Assembly: GCF_964355755.1 (NCBI RefSeq)
Contig: NC_092677.1
Coordinates: forward strand, 13,848,101-13,912,100
DNA length: 64,000 nt
Origin: Antedon mediterranea
Taxonomy: Eukaryota; Animalia; Echinodermata
Direction of reading: 5' to 3'
Below, one piece after another: positions 25,799-40,700 of the stretch. The translations under genes were made by a program, and so were the position numbers. How positions within the stretch are numbered: position 1 is the stretch's first letter; each line of letters starts with the position of its first letter. The notes below the pieces were generated by a model. It was given only the letters and a program-made list of their open reading frames with translations. It had not been told where the DNA came from and did no database searches.

Positions 25799-26808
25799 GG
25801 AAATGGAAACATAATTGTTATACAAATTAGCAAAAATATCAAGTTATAACCCCTTGAAAATACCAACGCTATATCTGCTATTTAACACAATTGGATAAGA
25901 AATTATTTACAATGTATATTAGGACACGTTATCCTTAAATGCTCCTGAGTAGTCCGTCATTCAATAGTATATGATTTATTTTCTTGCAAAAATATTATTC
26001 TAAATAAAAAGTTCCTAATTTATTCAAGATACTCTAATTTGATTGGTTCATTAAGAAACATTGAACTAATAATTTTTACGGTGCATTTTTGGTATGAGTC
26101 GTGCCCTATCAAGTAAGTTTTGGTTTTATTTTCATAACTCTAATGTAAATAAAATAACATACAAACTATTCGATATTCAATTGCAGGGAAAGTAAAATAG
26201 AAGCATTGGTTCAATTATTTACAGACAGAAATGTTTAAAATTGTAGTACAAAGGAACACTGTCATTATTTGAATATGAAGGCAAGTAATACAAATCAGAA
26301 GAAATTAGATTTGTATTTACATAAATTGAATAAAAAATGAACAAATACACACATAGCTCAAAAAAAGAACATACTTTTGATTTATAAAAATCAGATCAAA
26401 GAATGTTGACTGATTTGCAAGCATTATGCTGGAATCCAGATTCCTACATTGAAATGTTGCTTCAGTTTATTTAATACATTTTGGCGCGCAACATTCGCAA
26501 ACATAATTGTTATACAAATTAGCAAAAATATCAAGTTATAACCCCTTGAAAATACCAACGCTATATCTGCTATTTAACACAATTGGATAAGAAATTATCT
26601 ACAATGTATATTAGGACACGTTATTATTATGGAAAAGTATTACGCAAAGACAACCCGTAAAGAACATGACAAACTAAATATCTTTTCCCGGATAACTAAT
26701 AAAAGATATCTGGTAGACGAAACTTAACAATATTTTAAAATTTTACTTATACAAAGTCTTAATTTCAATCGAAATAACACGGTAGTATCTGAAATGATTA
26801 ACTGGCAT

Positions 26809-29800
26809 CTATTGGTATATTGGGTTTTCAACTTCCAGATACGTCATCCTTATCTGAATCTATAACATCGTCCCCCCAATCATCATCATCATCATCAACC
26901 GTCATAAGATCAATCTCAATTTCCTCGTAAACGTTACTGACATCATTGTCCACATACTGCATTTGTTGGTGTTTTCGATGGTCTTGGTATCATTCTGTAT
27001 TTTATCTTTGACATTGTCCTTTAACTCAATGTCCAACGACCCACTTTTTGTTTGACGTCTTCGACAGTTTCTTATACAGCATCCTGTAAAAATTATTACA
27101 AGTAGGCCTGCAATAAGGCCCTTTGCAAACACTAAAACAGAATATCTCGATATTTTACAGACAGGATTATCGGTTGTTGACGGTGGCAAAGATTTGACTG
27201 TGATGTCGTTAACGGCCATGGGATCTGATACTGTAGAAATAGCATCAGTCTTGGAATGTTCTGATACAGTTGAAGTCGCATCAGTTATGTGTCTAGTGGT
27301 GTTCATGGCTGTCTTGGAATGTTCTGGTACAGTTGAAGTCGCATCAGTCATGTGATTAGCGGTGTTCATGGCTGTCTTGGAATGTTCTGATACAGTTGTT
27401 GAAGTCGCATCAGTCATGTGATTAGCGGTGTTCATGGCTATCTTGGAATGTTCTGATACAGTTGAAGTCGCATCAGTCATGTGATTAGCGGTGTTCATGG
27501 CTGTCTTGGAATGTTCTGGTACAGTTGAAGTCGCATCAGTCATGTGATTAGCGGTGTTCATGGCTGTCTTGGAATGTTCTGATACAGTTGTTGAAGTCGC
27601 ATCAGTCATGTGATTAGCGGTGTTCATGGCTGTCTTGGAATGTTCTGGTACAGTTGAAGTCGCATCAGTCATGTGACTAGCGGTGTTCATGGCTGTCTTG
27701 GAATGTTCTGATACAGTTGTTGAAGTCGCATCAGTCATGTGATTAGCGGTGTTCATGGCTGTCTTGGAATGTTTTGGTACAGTTGAAGTCGCATCAGTCA
27801 TGTGACTAGCGGTGTTCATGGCTGTCTTGGAATGTTTTGGTACAGTTGAAGTCGCATCATCAGTCATGTGACTAGCGGTGTTCATGGCTTTCTTGGAATG
27901 TTCTGATACAGTTGAAGTCGCATCAGTCAGGTGATTAGCGGTGTTCATGGCTGTCTTGGAATGTTTTGGTACAGTTGAAGTCGCATCATCAGTCATGTGA
28001 CTAGCGGTGTTCATGGCTGTCTTGGAATGTTCTGATACAGTTGTTGAAGTCGCATCAGTCATGTGATTAGCGGTGTTCATGGCTGTCTTGGAATGTTTTG
28101 GTACAGTTGAAGTCGCATCATCAGTCATGTGACTAGCGGTGTTCATGGCTGTCTAATTGGAATGTTCTGATACAGTTGAAGTCGCATCAGTTATGTGATT
28201 AGCGGTGTTCATGGCTATCTTGGAATGTTCTGATACAGTTGAAGTCGCATCAGTCATGTGACTAGCGGTGTTCATGGCTGTCTTGGAATGTTCTGATACA
28301 GTTGTTGAAGTCGCATCAGTCATGTGATTAGCGGTGTTCATGGCTGTCTTGGAATGTTCTGATACAGTTGTTGAAGTCGCATCAGTCATGTGATTAGCGG
28401 TGTTCATGGCTGTCTTGGAATGTTTTGGTACAGTTGAAGTCGCATCATCAGTCATGTGACTAGCGGTGTTCATGGCTGTCTAATTGGAATGTTCTGATAC
28501 AGTTGAAGTCGCATCAGTTATGTGATTAGCGGTGTTCATGGCTGTCTTGGAATGTTCTGATACAGTTGTTGAAGTCGCATCAGTCATGTGATTAGCGGTG
28601 TTCATGGCTGTCTTGGAATGTTCTGGTACAGTTGAAGTCGCATCAGTCATGTGACTAGCGGTGTTCATGGCTGTCTTGGAATGTTCTGATACAGTTGTTG
28701 AAGTCGCATCAGTCATGTGATTAGCGGTGTTCATGGCTGTCTTGGAATGTTTTGGTACAGTTGAAGTCGCATCAGTCATGTGACTAGCGGTGTTCATGGC
28801 TGTCTTGGAATGTTTTGGTACAGTTGAAGTCGCATCATCAGTCATGTGACTAGCGGTGTTCATGGCTTTCTTGGAATGTTCTGATACAGTTGAAGTCGCA
28901 TCAGTCAGGTGATTAGCGGTGTTCATGGCTGTCTTGGAATGTTTTGGTACAGTTGAAGTCGCATCATCAGTCATGTGACTAGCGGTGTTCATGGCTGTCT
29001 TGGAATGTTCTGATACAGTTGTTGAAGTCGCATCAGTCATGTGATTAGCGGTGTTCATGGCTGTCTTGGAATGTTTTGGTACAGTTGAAGTCGCATCATC
29101 AGTCATGTGACTAGCGGTGTTCATGGCTGTCTAATTGGAATGTTCTGATACAGTTGAAGTCGCATCAGTTATGTGATTAGCGGTGTTCATGGCTATCTTG
29201 GAATGTTCTGATACAGTTGAAGTCGCATCAGTCATGTGACTAGCGGTGTTCATGGCTGTCTTGGAATGTTCTGATACAGTTGTTGAAGTCGCATCAGTCA
29301 TGTGATTAGCGGTGTTCATGGCTGTCTTGGAATGTTTTGGTACAGTTGAAGTCGCATCAGTCATGTGACTAGCGGTGTTCATGGCTGTCTTGGAATGTTC
29401 TGATACAGTTGAAGTCGCATCAGTCATGTGATTAGCGGTGTTCATGGCTGTCTTGGAATGTTTTGGTACAGTTGAAGTCGCATCATCAGTCATGTGACTA
29501 GCGGTGTTCATGGCTGTCTTGAAATGTTCTGATACAGTTGAAGTCGCATCAGTCATGTGATTAGCGGTGTTCATGGCTGTCTTGGAATGTTTTGGTACAG
29601 TTGAAGTCGCATCATCAGTCATGTGACTAGCGGTGTTCATGGCTGTCTTGGAATGTTCTGATACAGTTGTTGAAGTCGCATCAGTCATGTGATTAGCGGT
29701 GTTCATGACTGTCTTGGAATGTTTTGGTACAGTTGAAGTCGCATCATCAGTCATGTGACTAGCGGTGTTCATGGCTGTCTAATTGGAATGTTCTGATACA

Positions 29801-30315
29801 GTTGAAGTCGCATCAGTTATGTGATTAGCGGTGTTCATGGCTGTCTTGGAATGTTCTGATACAGTTGAAGTCGCATCAGTTATGTGCCTAACGATTTCGG
29901 CTGTCGTATGATATTCTGGCAATGTAGAAGGAGCACTCTCATACACTCGTAGTTTAGCAATGTTTGAGCCATCTATTACACTGTTATAAATGTTACAATA
30001 ATAATCGCCTGCATCTTCTTTCAATACATGTGTTATAAATAACACATTTTTCAGTTTGTTTTGGTTGGTAGCATATCTATTTTGAAACTTCGTTTTCACC
30101 TGATTGTTTGGTTCGGTAATTCCAACCATTTCATTTTCACTTCTCCGCCACCATCCTATTCCATGCTTTTTTTTAGGAGGTTAATCCAGCTCACATGAAA
30201 ACGTAACATTTTCACATTCGGATACATTTTGACTCATAGGATGCTGAATGATCTGTAGTGCATTTAGTCTACAGATTACAACACTCAAGATAATGATAAC
30301 AATTGATTTAGTCAT
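26809..30315 (-). pseudogene. Ig-mucin receptor paralog copy 4 with a giant repeat stalk (disrupted)
   Basis: ATG 30315 MTKSIVIIILSVVICRLNALQIIQHPMSQNVSECENVTFSCELD*, TAA at 30181-30183, rest of Ig in frame (GWWRR...EDAGDYYC), four in-frame TAGs in the stalk, TM, and a frameshifted tail ending YLEVENPIYQ*. Confidence 0.8.
27240..29900 (-). repeat. 63/66-bp coding tandem repeat (MNTA[S/N]HMTD(D)ATS(T)TV[S/P][E/K]HSKTA), ~41 units with higher-order structure
   Basis: Seen directly. Variant units recur at 5- and 10-unit spacing (327, 648, 651 bp). Confidence 0.95.
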
Positions 30316-31746
30316 TAGCCTTCTGATTCCCAATGTTTCCTTTCTTTCCCTCATCGTTAATGTAGTGTTCTTTCCTTGTAGCTTTGTACTAAATTGAAAT
30401 TTGTTATAAATTATTCCAGGTTCTGGAATTTGATTGGTTCATTAAATAGTCAACCTCTGTGAAAAACTCAAATTAATAACAATTTCTCACGATATTTTTT
30501 TCTTTTGTTAATACAGATTTGTTTTATTTTCATAACTTTAGTATCGATATTCATATTGTTTAAATGAAGTACAAACCAAGAAAGATGTTATTTATTATTT
30601 GTTTTAAGACATACTCAACTGTCATGTCTGATGGCTTTGTGAATGAAGAGCATATAACAAATGAAAACAAATATGATACACAAAATTACTGACACAAAAT
30701 CGTTTTGTTGTAATATTGATTTGTAATATTCGTGAACGTACGGTAACAATTAATTGTTAATTATTTTAAAAATGAGTAAATCAAAGCAGTCAGAAGTTGG
30801 CAAATGTTTTGTAACTTTTGTAACAAAATCGACCTAAAGTAAACAATCGAAAAGGTGGAAATAATCAGAATGTATGATTCGCCTGGACGGTTCCATTTTC
30901 TTTTCGAGTTGAGTAAATTCTTAGTGAATATGAATAATTAGCAATGGCATATCTGGGATCGTTCAGGTACATACATAACAGCAGGTTTTTAATCATTATC
31001 AATAATGAATATAATATCTCAATAAATCAAATAACATCATGCTTATCAAAATACATTCTTATGTTAACTTACATAGCACCAAAATACTAATTATAAACAT
31101 ATAAACTTATATTTAACATCCAATTAAATAAATTATCAAAACATTTATTAAAAATAAATAATTAAACAGCAACAGTATTATATATATATATATTTATTTT
31201 AATAATTGAGTAGTAGTCATTAAAAGTTGTTAGTTGACCCAACAACCTTGATATGATTTAGAAGAATAAAATGATATCCCCACCCAGCCATGTTGGGATG
31301 TTTGCATTTGATGTGGACTTCAAGAAAGATCAGCTTTAAAAGATAATAAACAATGCATAATTATTTTCGACGTTTGGTAGAGTAGTCTGGGTTCCAGATG
31401 GAGTTTTGACCTAATATTAGTAAAAGATAAATATTTTGGCACATATGACCTTTCATATGTATACCAATTGACCTGTATTTCAGACAAACATCGACAAGTC
31501 TCAAAATAACTAGACTTGGGGAAAGTCTAGGTAGAGTACTGATAGGCTAGCACAAAATAATATACATACACTTGCATATTTAGTTTACAGAATCTTTAAG
31601 GGTCGTAGTCGTAGCAAAACAATTAATCACAAAATTAATAAATAAAAAATTTACAGAAGTAAATACGGTAGTTAACAGATGATTATTGCATATTAAATTA
31701 ATATCCTAAAAATAAAATCAATATAAGCATAATTTTGCATATAATT

Positions 31747-34700
31747 TTAACCAAACTGTGGTTGCTTCAGTTGAAGTTTTACCGGGTAAGGGCTCCCTCT
31801 AGCTTGGAATCGTTTACCTGCCAGGTCAATCTCATAATGACCTTTCAAAACGTAATCATTTGTGACGATTCCTCGTTGACCAGACTTGTCATCTTCATTG
31901 GTAACCCATCCAACCACAACCATTTTACCAAGTGTCGGTGCATAACCACTGGACGTGGAAAGTCCGGTAAACTTGCCATCTCGGTAAATCGGTTCATCTC
32001 CCCATGGCCAAAGGTCATTATCAAGGTCATGATCTTCCAATAGGAACATGGTTAACTTAGATTCAACTCCCTTGCCTTTTTGTTCTATCAACGCTTGTTT
32101 ACCAATGAAATCGCTTTCCTGGATATCAATGTAAGAAACAATTAATGTATATCAATATTTCATTCAATCAATTCAACATTTTCATTGTAACAAAAAATTT
32201 AAAACTACAGATTTAAAGATGTATTGTCCCCCAAAACATGACAAAGGAAGATTAATTAAATCAGACTTTGAATAGGTTATTTTGTAGTTTTAATCAAATT
32301 AATCACTTCCACAGAAAAAAAAATGGAAAAAATAGTGTTTTCATTTATTTATACCAAAAACCCATAGGCTGGCAGTTAATTTCGACTATTTTTTGCTTTA
32401 AATTACAGTTTTTTGGTAAAGTGGATAACTATTATGGTACATTGAAATGGCATATTTAACACAAATGTTTATAAGAATTATTTTTTCAAGGGGACAATAC
32501 ATCTTTAAACAGTACTCCAATGAATTGATATTATTATAATCGTGAGATATTGTATGTATTACAATGCGTGTATGTTGTATAAAGAATGAATAATTGATAT
32601 TATTATAATCGTGAGATATTGGATGTATTAAAATGCGTGTATGTTGTATAAAGAATGAATAATTGATATTATTATAATCGTGAGATATTGGATGTATTAC
32701 AATGCGTGTATGTTGTATAAAGAATGAATAATTGATATTATTATAATCGTGAGATATTGGATGTATTACAATGCGTGTATGTTGTATAAAGAATGAATAA
32801 TTGATATTATTATAATCGTGAGATATTGGATGTATTACAATGCGTGTATGTTGTATAAAGAATGAATAATTGATATTATTATAATCGTGAGATATTGGAT
32901 GTATTACAATGCGTGTATGTTGTATAAAGAATGAATAATTGATATTATTGCTTTGCTTTTAAAAATAATTATTGTTGTTGCATAGTGTGTAATACAATAT
33001 AAGATAAATGAGTATATATTGGTTCTGTATACCTTATTAAGCTTCACTCTGGTTTCTCTTCCTATTTCAAATGGAGTATTACTTGAGTTGAAGTCTTCGC
33101 CCCAATAGCCAAAAAACTTTTCAATACGTAACCATCTCAACGCATAGTAACCACAATTCCGGATGCCGAAATCCTGACCTGCGTCCCACAAACGATCATA
33201 TAGGGGCAGAGCAACCTAAGCAAAAGTATGACATTGTAATCCAGAAATAATTTTGTTTAGGTAAACAAGAAGTATATGAATTGAAACTACATGTTTGTGT
33301 ATCATAGTATAAAGGTGAATCATATATTGAATATAAATGTATTAATACTAAACTACAAGGGAGGCCAAAAGAGGTGGTTATTATTATTCATGCCGCTTTC
33401 TTCATTTCAGATAGTACATCCATATACAAAACAAAAACAAACAAAATTCAACCAGAAAATTAACAATAACATCTTCCAAAAATTAAAATAACCTAAAATA
33501 TCAATTTGCACCAACACTGCTGCAGATTGTCATGTTTATGTCGATGGATGACAATTCTAAAAGAAAATATTATTTAAATAAATAGATTGGTTCTGATTTG
33601 AAAACTAACCTCATTATTCACATATAGAACAAATCCTGGTTCTCCAGCATGTGTTATACTCAGTGCCTTCACATTGTTTGCATAGCCTATACTTATTTCC
33701 TAAAAGAAGTTAATTAAATATGTTTTAATAGTTTATCATAGCATTTTTTATTGCAATATAAATGGGTCGTTCCATGCCCCCGGCAACTTTGTCTGAATCT
33801 CTGTCTACACTATCAAACTAGTTTGAAAAAAAAGGTGCTCAAATATGGTAGTGATATGACATCTTCTTGTTATTTATATCAAATATTCCCCCACAAATTC
33901 AAACCTTCAGCTTAATTAGTCAGATATTTCCCCAAGATAGTTAAAAAAAAAATGTGCATGTTTGTACCAGTTAGTTTTCAATTATAACACGCCTGAGTAG
34001 ATTGTGGGTCACATGATATTCAATAAACTATTCCAATGAACCCTTACATCATCAAGAGTGCAATTTCATTATATTGTGCGATTTGAATAATGTACTGTTA
34101 GCATATTCATTCTTGTAGCTATTTCTACAATGTGCGACACAAGGCTGTTGACTTTTGTGTTAGAACGTCAACCTGTAGTTCTGTTTCCACTCAGCCTCAA
34201 CTTGTGAAAATATAACCTTTCATCTTTCATCTCATGAAGTTATTTTGACTATTGCACTCATAAACATCTATTATTAGTATACTAATACAACTTTTACTTT
34301 AGGAAGCCAAGATAATTTTTGAGCACTGTAATTTCCATTTACAGTATATGGAATAATAAAATGAATCTGTATCTTTAACTCTAACTTGTGTTGTGGTTGT
34401 CCAGTAGACAATATATATTTAAATTTGAATTTCATACATACAGTACCTTACAACAGAATGGACGGAAGTCTGTATTACTTAAAGACTCAAAAGTAAGCGT
34501 TTGAAGAAGCTCTCTAGCTTTTGGACCAATCACATTAATGCCTGTGTACTGATGCGTAACATTATGTAAATCAACTGATCCATCTTTAGGTAGATGTTTA
34601 GAGATCCAATGGAAAGCTCTAGTTTCTTGTGTGGTTGGAGAAATAATGAAATATCTAGAAACAGATATAATTATAATGAAAATATGTAGTTCAGTGAAAA

Positions 34701-37700
34701 TACTGTTGATTCGCAATACTGTTGATTCGCAGTAGAAATATTTAACGTTGGAAAAAGAAGGACTATCAAAAAGATAGAGATATTATCTCAATAATCAAAG
34801 GTACAATGTCTCTTGCTGTAACACAGTAGCATGAACCACTATAAAATACAAATGTGTAAATTAATCCTTGACACATATAAATAGAGCAATCAGGCTGCGC
34901 ATATGATTTTAGACACGAGTATGTTTATATTTTTTTACGATATTAATAACTAAAATTAATTTTTTAAATATAATTAACAGTTAATGTACACATTTGTGCT
35001 GTAGCAAGTTCTAAAGAAATGTATGTTTGATTGACAGCTGTTTTTCAATACAGGCTAGTGGATTGGATTGTCCTTTTATTTTATAGTGGTTGCTTCTCTT
35101 CTATTCTTCTTGATATGTTAGTATAAATGTTAGGTATTCAACACACAATACATACAGTTATATACCTATTCTCAGCTAGCCTAGCCACACTGCAGTCATT
35201 TTGGTAGTGACCATTCTCATCTAACATTGGGGTGTGGACAAGTGTCCCTACAGGAACATCCATCTCATTTGGACAAAGGCGTTGTAATAAGTCTGTTGCT
35301 TCAGAACCTGTTGACTAAAATCAATGGCACAAAATATTGTTTTGTATTCTTCAAGCTAAATACTATAGATTATTCTATTTTCTGCTTATGTCTCATTTCC
35401 ATTCTCCCAGAAAATCCTCATAAATTCTGAAATTATTTTCTTTAGACCAAAACATCCCGTAAGATAATGGTACTTATCTGGGATACAGTAATACAGACCT
35501 TATTCTGCCACAATGTAAGTGTCTTATTAATAGTTATACATTAATAGATTTTTTTGAGGTTAGTAGTTTGTTGTTAAATTAAATATCAATGTTATTATTG
35601 TACCAGAGCCTGCCAAAATAACAATCATCACTAATACTGCTTGATGTCATTACCTTGATTTCAAACTTAGAGAAAGTTGACATGTCCATAAGGCTAACGG
35701 AATCCCGACAAGACCAGTATTCTGCTTTCACGTTATCAAACCATGATGGCTTTCCAAACGTCTTTTTACTCTTTACAGAAACGAAAAAGGGATCATCTAT
35801 TCAAACAAAAAGAGATGTTAATTTCATATATTTTAAAATTCTAAACACTTACGCTACAATACTTCATTATAAAGAATGAGAAAGGTAGTCTATTACATGC
35901 CTAGCTTATCTGAATAAACTAATATTTGCATTTTCTCCTGGAAGACTGATAATTATAAAATTCAATGAACTCCCCTAATCTATAAATGGTACAATCGATA
36001 ATTATAAAATTCAATGAACTCCCCTAATCTATAAATGGTACAATTGATAAACTCGAAGCATTTACAACATACTATCATATTCATACTATCGTTTTGAGAC
36101 ATGTAACGTATACAGGTAAAGAAAAAAATGCTCTTGGACTAAATGGAATAAGATGTTTACCTTTATTATTAAAATATTTTGGCCTTTCGTAACCCATTAA
36201 TTCTCCAAATACAGCCCCAGCCGCTTGTTGTCTTGGATACAGCGGAGAGCATCTTTGGTTACGTGCATGTGTGTAATCATCATCAGGGTAGTTCACAGCA
36301 TAAAATCGACCTTTTAAATTGAACACAATAATTATAATTATATTTAACAAAATAATCATATATTGAACACAATAATCATAATTATATTGAACAAAATAAT
36401 CATATCCTAAACACGATAATCATATCTTGAACACGATAATCATATCATGAACACGATAATCATATTCTGAATACATGCAATAATCATATCATGAACACGA
36501 TAATCATATTCTGAATACATGCAATAATCATATCCTGAATACATGCAATAATCATATCCTGAATACATGCAATAATCAATCTTGAATACATGCAATAATC
36601 AATCTTGAATACATGCAATAATCAATCCTGAATACATGCAATAATCAATCTTGAACACATGCAATAATCATATCTTGAACACATGCAATAATCATATCTT
36701 GAACACATGCAATAATCATATCTTGAACACATGCAATAATCATATCTTGAACACATGCAATAATCATATCTTGAACACATGCAATAATCATATCTTGAAC
36801 ACATGCAATAATCATATCTTGAACACATGCAATAATCATATCTTGAACACATGCAATAATCATATCTTGAACACATGCAATAATCATATCTTGAACACGA
36901 TAATCATAATTATCTTAACACGATAATCATATCTTGAACACGATAATCATATCTTGAACACAATGATTCAAATGTTACTTACCAACAACCTCTTTAACTC
37001 GTTCCTTCAGAAACAACTGATTGTTGTGACAATCAGTAAACCTTTGAATGTCAACAGTAAGACTATCATGAGGAGCTTTGCCACTAATGATCCAATCAGC
37101 AAGAACGCTGCCTACACCACCACTGGCTGATACACCAATGGAATTAAAACCTGTCATTACAAAATAGTTGCTCACCTAGTAGAATATAAACATATAGATA
37201 TAATGTTAGGTGCTGCAGCTAAGGAGAAAATGAATCTAGTTTAATTTGGTTCTTTTGAGTGTATAGTACATGGAAGTTGAAAAACATAAAAAGTTTTGAG
37301 TAATGGTGTTATCGAAGAATACCGTGGATGTCATGGATGAAGAGGAGAACAAACAAGTATGTGCTGGATAGGACTGGAGGCTTTTTGAAATTCATTGAAA
37401 AACAAAAACTATCGCTTGACACCAGGGGACTCAAACAAGACATATGGCAGCTCTGAAAAAGAGCAATGCATGGATGGAGTAACAGAAAAGACTAGTACAG
37501 CTGTGGGAACAGTTGGCACAGGATCGTGAGGCATGGAGGAATCTCATCGGAAACTCTGATTCATCTGTATCAAAAAGGAAGAATATGACTTCACCAACTT
37601 CTACACCTATTGTACATAATGTGTCCAATCAAGTGGAGATTTTGACATCTCTAGTATAGATGTCTGGTTCATTGCCTACCTCATCAAAGAGTCTTTCAAA

Positions 37701-40700
37701 CTACAAATCTAAAGCTCTGTTACTATCAAACGGGACAAACAAATGTGATGTGCCCCTTACTACCATATTTGGGCACATCACACTTGTTTGTCAAACTAGT
37801 TTGATAGTGTAGATAGATCTTAACTGCTCCTGGTAATCAAGAACCTACTTCAGGTGCTTCACCCAAAAGAAAGTTGCCATCTGGTGTAAAACTCTCAGGT
37901 CCATTAAACAGCTGTTGAACCTCTGCTGTCTCTGCTGCAGGCGCTCGAAGAAGAAAACTGTCAAGCAATGGCTCTATAGAAAAGATAGACTAACAATCAT
38001 TAGTTTTGTTTCCTATAATCTCTTCTAAAAAACATGAATATTCAAAATAGGGAGATACAGAAATATATTTTGAAATACGGAAAGTTTTGTATGAACTAAA
38101 TTTGAAGAATATTCAATATAATGTTTCCATTTGTAACATTGTTTCCAAAGAATCATTGCTTATGGCACTGTGGACTTAAATGTTACACTTTTCAACTAAA
38201 TAATTCTCCCTAAGGGTCATGTAAGTGCTACCAACGCTCTCTCATCTGTCCATGACTTCACATTTCTTGAGTGGCAATATTCTATTTTGTTAGGATTTCC
38301 CCTTTAAATCAAATCTAACTATGGAACTTACGAAATTGGTCCCAATCAGGGGGAAGTGTTTCAAACATGAAAGGCTTTGGAATTCCATTGCTAAAGATTG
38401 GTTTGGCCATTTTCTCGAATCCACCACAAAGGAGGCCTCGGCTCCATTCTATAATGTATATACCACCATCGTAATCACGAACATCTTAAAAAAAAGTTAT
38501 AATTAGATTAGGTTTAATAGGGATTCCGAGTTTTACGAGTATCTTGAAAACCACAGTATAGCCACGAATCATTTTCTGATATGACAAATAAAAGGACAAT
38601 CTTTCTTGTTGCAATGAGACATGACAGCACTTTTTATTAACAATCAAATTATATATACTTACATGGCATTGATGGTGAGATTCCTTCAATAGCTTTAGTA
38701 ACAAGGTAATAGTGCTCAGCAGGATGCAAAGGTATTTTGACATTTGGTGTGCTTTTTAATCCTAACTCACGACCCCACTGAAAATGGCAAAATATATTGA
38801 GTTTAAGGTGCTTTAAAGATATCAGATTGTGTAGTGGTGTTGGAGTAAGCTTCTTCTAAGATGCATACAATTTTAACTACATCAATTCCTATATTTCTTA
38901 TACAGTTTTTTTTTCAGATTTTATAGATTAAAATATCATTAATAAAGCTAGGTTTGCAGTAAAACATGTTTTCCAAAGGGAAATAAAGTATGGTTGAGAA
39001 TGTCTTGACGTTTTGATTGTTTGCTACAACCATCTTGTGAAGAATACTTGGCAATCACACTTTTGGAAACAAAACTCAACTTTACTATTTTAATGTTAAA
39101 CTGAATAAGAAATATAGGAATAACTAACTTTGACTAGTGTTCATTTGCCATGCAAAACTTTATATTAAAACATTGCTTCTACAAATTGTTAAATAAATTG
39201 GAGAATACTATACCTGGCCAGCTGCATTTACAAAGTATTCACAATTTACAGTACCACGACTAGTCTCTACTCCTGTAACTCTATTATTTTTTGTTAAAAC
39301 TTTTTCAACTTCAACACCTTCTAGTATTTTAACTCCTGTAAAATGTAAAATGTACAGTTTTTACACATGCTTTACTGCACACAAACAACATTTGTTTAAA
39401 AAAAAGAGTAGACAAAAAAAAATTATGTGAGAAAATTGCTTCATTGTAGGGGAAAATCACAAGAATTTATAATAAGCAATAACAATAGTAATATTAGGAA
39501 GTGCACTAGAATAAAAGTTTTTATCTTGAATAACATTTTAAGAAACAAAATCCTTCTTTTTGGTTAAATTATCCTAAATTTGCACTTCAATTATCCCAAC
39601 CTCTTTGTTTAGCAGCAGCTGCTAAGGCCGCTGCTGTGTCGGATATATTTGTACGACCATCTCGAGGGAAATAAACACCTCCCAACAGATCATCAACTTT
39701 GATAAAAGGAGCGAGTGATGCAATTTCTGATGGCGTTACCATTTGAAATTCTTCTCCTCTGGCTCTGAAAAACATTTTGATAGTTTTATGTGGTCGGTAA
39801 AAACAAAGTCAGTAATAAAGTTTATTTGAATAAATATGTGTTTATAGATCTAACAGTATCCGCACTCACAGTAACTAATTTGTGCTTCAAATGGCGACAA
39901 AAAATGGTTTATGTATTTATTGGTTTTAAGTTTATCCCCCAAGGGACCATAAATTTACCTACTTGTGGTATACCAAATAATTATACTGGGAGACTGAGAG
40001 ATTAGAATGTTCCATTCATCACCAATCAATACGTTTGTATAAATGTATATTAAGTCTATTAAAAGAGTATTTTTTAAAGAACATTATGATGCTGTACTCG
40101 AGCTGTTTGACCAGTTTTCAGCTATTAAAAACAATTATTTTACTTTATATACCATCAAGTAAAAATTAGTAAAAGTAAGGCATGATTTACCAAATTTTGC
40201 CCTTATGTAAAATTTATAAATAGAAGCTGGTACATTAAAGTTGTCTTTTTTAGGGTTTTATCGAATAAAAATGCATACTTCATAAGAGATGTAGAGCGTT
40301 TCAACAAAGTCATTCTCTCTTTTGTTTTTGCTACAGCAACAGAACCATTGCAAATGCGCCCTAAATAGAAAAAATAAAAAACATATTTCTAAATATATAA
40401 TGAATATGTTCAAGCCGGAATCTTACAAACGATGTTTAGGTGTGAGTGTAAACGTATGCCATGCGCTACGGAAAAATTGATGTTTTATAAATCTGGCTTA
40501 GTAGACGCAATTGTCCTTGCGTAAGATTGCCACTGATTTAGAAAGGGCAATTTAGGAAACCTACAAACTGCACTGGCTGCAGGCTTCTGTCAAACTAATT
40601 TAATCACAAACTGCATTTTGGACGGTAGACAAGGAGACGTTATTTACCAGTGCTCATTCCCGTTTCTTCTTGTATGCTTTCATAAAGCTGGCTACTCATG

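Noticed and set aside
27240-29900. CRISPR-like regular array
   Set aside because: No unique spacers; it is a coding tandem repeat in a eukaryotic gene.
36622-36926. Repeat ORFs (MCSRYDYC / MIIACVQD / NTCNNHIL)
   Set aside because: 24-bp intronic minisatellite.
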